From Candidatus Melainabacteria bacterium (GTDB lineage: Bacteria; Cyanobacteriota; Vampirovibrionia; Gastranaerophilales; Gastranaerophilaceae), in NCBI GenBank assembly GCA_003258735.1, contig QHME01000006.1, positions 22,518-86,517 of the forward strand: 64,000 nt of DNA, read 5' to 3'. Below are positions 63,554 through 64,000 of the stretch, one piece after another. The notes beneath the pieces are model-generated. The model saw only the letters and a program-made list of their open reading frames with translations, made no database searches and was not told the origin of the DNA. The number at the start of each line of letters is the position of its first letter. Position 1 is the first letter of the stretch. Both the position numbers and the translations under genes were made by a program.

Positions 63554-64000
63554 TTAAGCAATTAGATTATTTTTTAAATCATCATAAAGATAGTCAAAGT
63601 CTTTTTCTCTTCTCCAGATATACTCAGCAAGGCGATAGTACATAAAATTCTGATTAATATTGTGACTTTCAATTCTTGAAAGATAACAATACATTCTTTT
63701 AAATTCTCTAATTTCATCTTTGTTGTAATTCTTTTCTAATGAGGCTCTGAGTAATTTTTCACTTACAAAAACTTGATTATTGTAAATATAGAAAAATGCG
63801 AACTTATTGTAAAATGTCCTATATCTGCCGATTTGTGGTTCTTCCATAAACAAATTTATTAAATTCTTAAATTGGCGATTATAAATGTTTTTTCTAAAAA
63901 GACAGTAATAATCACAAACGCATTGATATTGTATGTTCAAGAATTTACATAATTTTTGTGGGGGTATTTCCAAACAAAAACCTTTTAAAAGAATATCCAT
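63554..64000 (-). CDS. hypothetical protein (may continue beyond window end)
   Basis: 148-aa ORF abutting the window edge; Cys/Tyr-rich N-terminal part; no motif assigned. Confidence 0.3.
   Translation of the reverse strand: MDILLKGFCLEIPPQKLCKFLNIQYQCVCDYYCLFRKNIYNRQFKNLINLFMEEPQIGRYRTFYNKFAFFYIYNNQVFVSEKLLRASLEKNYNKDEIREFKRMYCYLSRIESHNINQNFMYYRLAEYIWRREKDFDYLYDDLKNNLIA

Noticed and set aside
63554-64000. Possible IS/transposase N-terminus (Cys-rich segment) at the window edge
   Set aside because: No DDE or HTH transposase motifs, terminal inverted repeats or target duplications could be seen. The call is kept as hypothetical.

Overview
This is a low-GC (about 30%) bacterial chromosomal segment on the standard genetic code, with three tRNA genes (Asn-GTT, Gln-CTG, Met-CAT). 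Most promising candidate is the 1028-aa fused SIR2-APAZ-pAgo protein (50558..53644) in the tRNA-Met island. Organism identity is uncertain; the many TPR proteins, prepilin-type proteins and a giant autotransporter suggest a gut anaerobe. No CRISPR array, integrase or clear transposase was seen.

Left end (1-6.2 kb): the tail of a phage-like DNA-packaging module, with a small terminase, a portal-like protein and a PBSX-type large terminase. Three tandem small membrane-protein paralogs follow.

Middle (7-47 kb): housekeeping and metabolic genes.
- A CorC/HlyC transporter, an NAD-type isocitrate/isopropylmalate dehydrogenase family enzyme, TPR proteins and a BI-1/YccA family membrane protein.
- A compact cat1 - sensor kinase - AiiA-like MBL hydrolase - response regulator operon, divergent from sucD-like - 4hbD-like - SemiSWEET-like genes. 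This looks like a succinate/4-hydroxybutyrate CoA-dependent fermentation locus.
- A type Va autotransporter of about 1850 aa with an unusual C-terminal tail after the beta-barrel.
- Several families of secreted or lipoprotein paralogs, a TolC-like outer-membrane protein, sugar-modification genes (DegT aminotransferase, TylF-like methyltransferase, sugar-1-P nucleotidyltransferase) and two prepilin-type paralogs.

Right end (47.5-64 kb): an accessory defence island immediately downstream of tRNA-Met, with a truncated XRE gene at the junction.
- A DUF1848-like Cys-cluster protein convergent with a Pol-beta nucleotidyltransferase.
- A 1028-aa single-polypeptide SIR2-APAZ-MID-PIWI protein: a short prokaryotic Argonaute fused to its SIR2 effector, with an inactivated PIWI. 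It resembles SPARSA-type systems.
- A translationally coupled type I restriction-modification operon hsdM - rhuM/Doc fusion - HEPN-like (Rx4H) 441-aa protein - hsdS - small transmembrane protein - hsdR.
- A decayed Fic pseudogene.

Additional structure: a roughly 95-nt hairpin-forming repeat present twice (15899..15994 and 23204..23296) with a compensatory base-pair change, which makes it a candidate sRNA or MITE. An 18-bp direct repeat of the tRNA-Gln 3' end lies about 150 bp downstream of that tRNA and looks like an integration scar.
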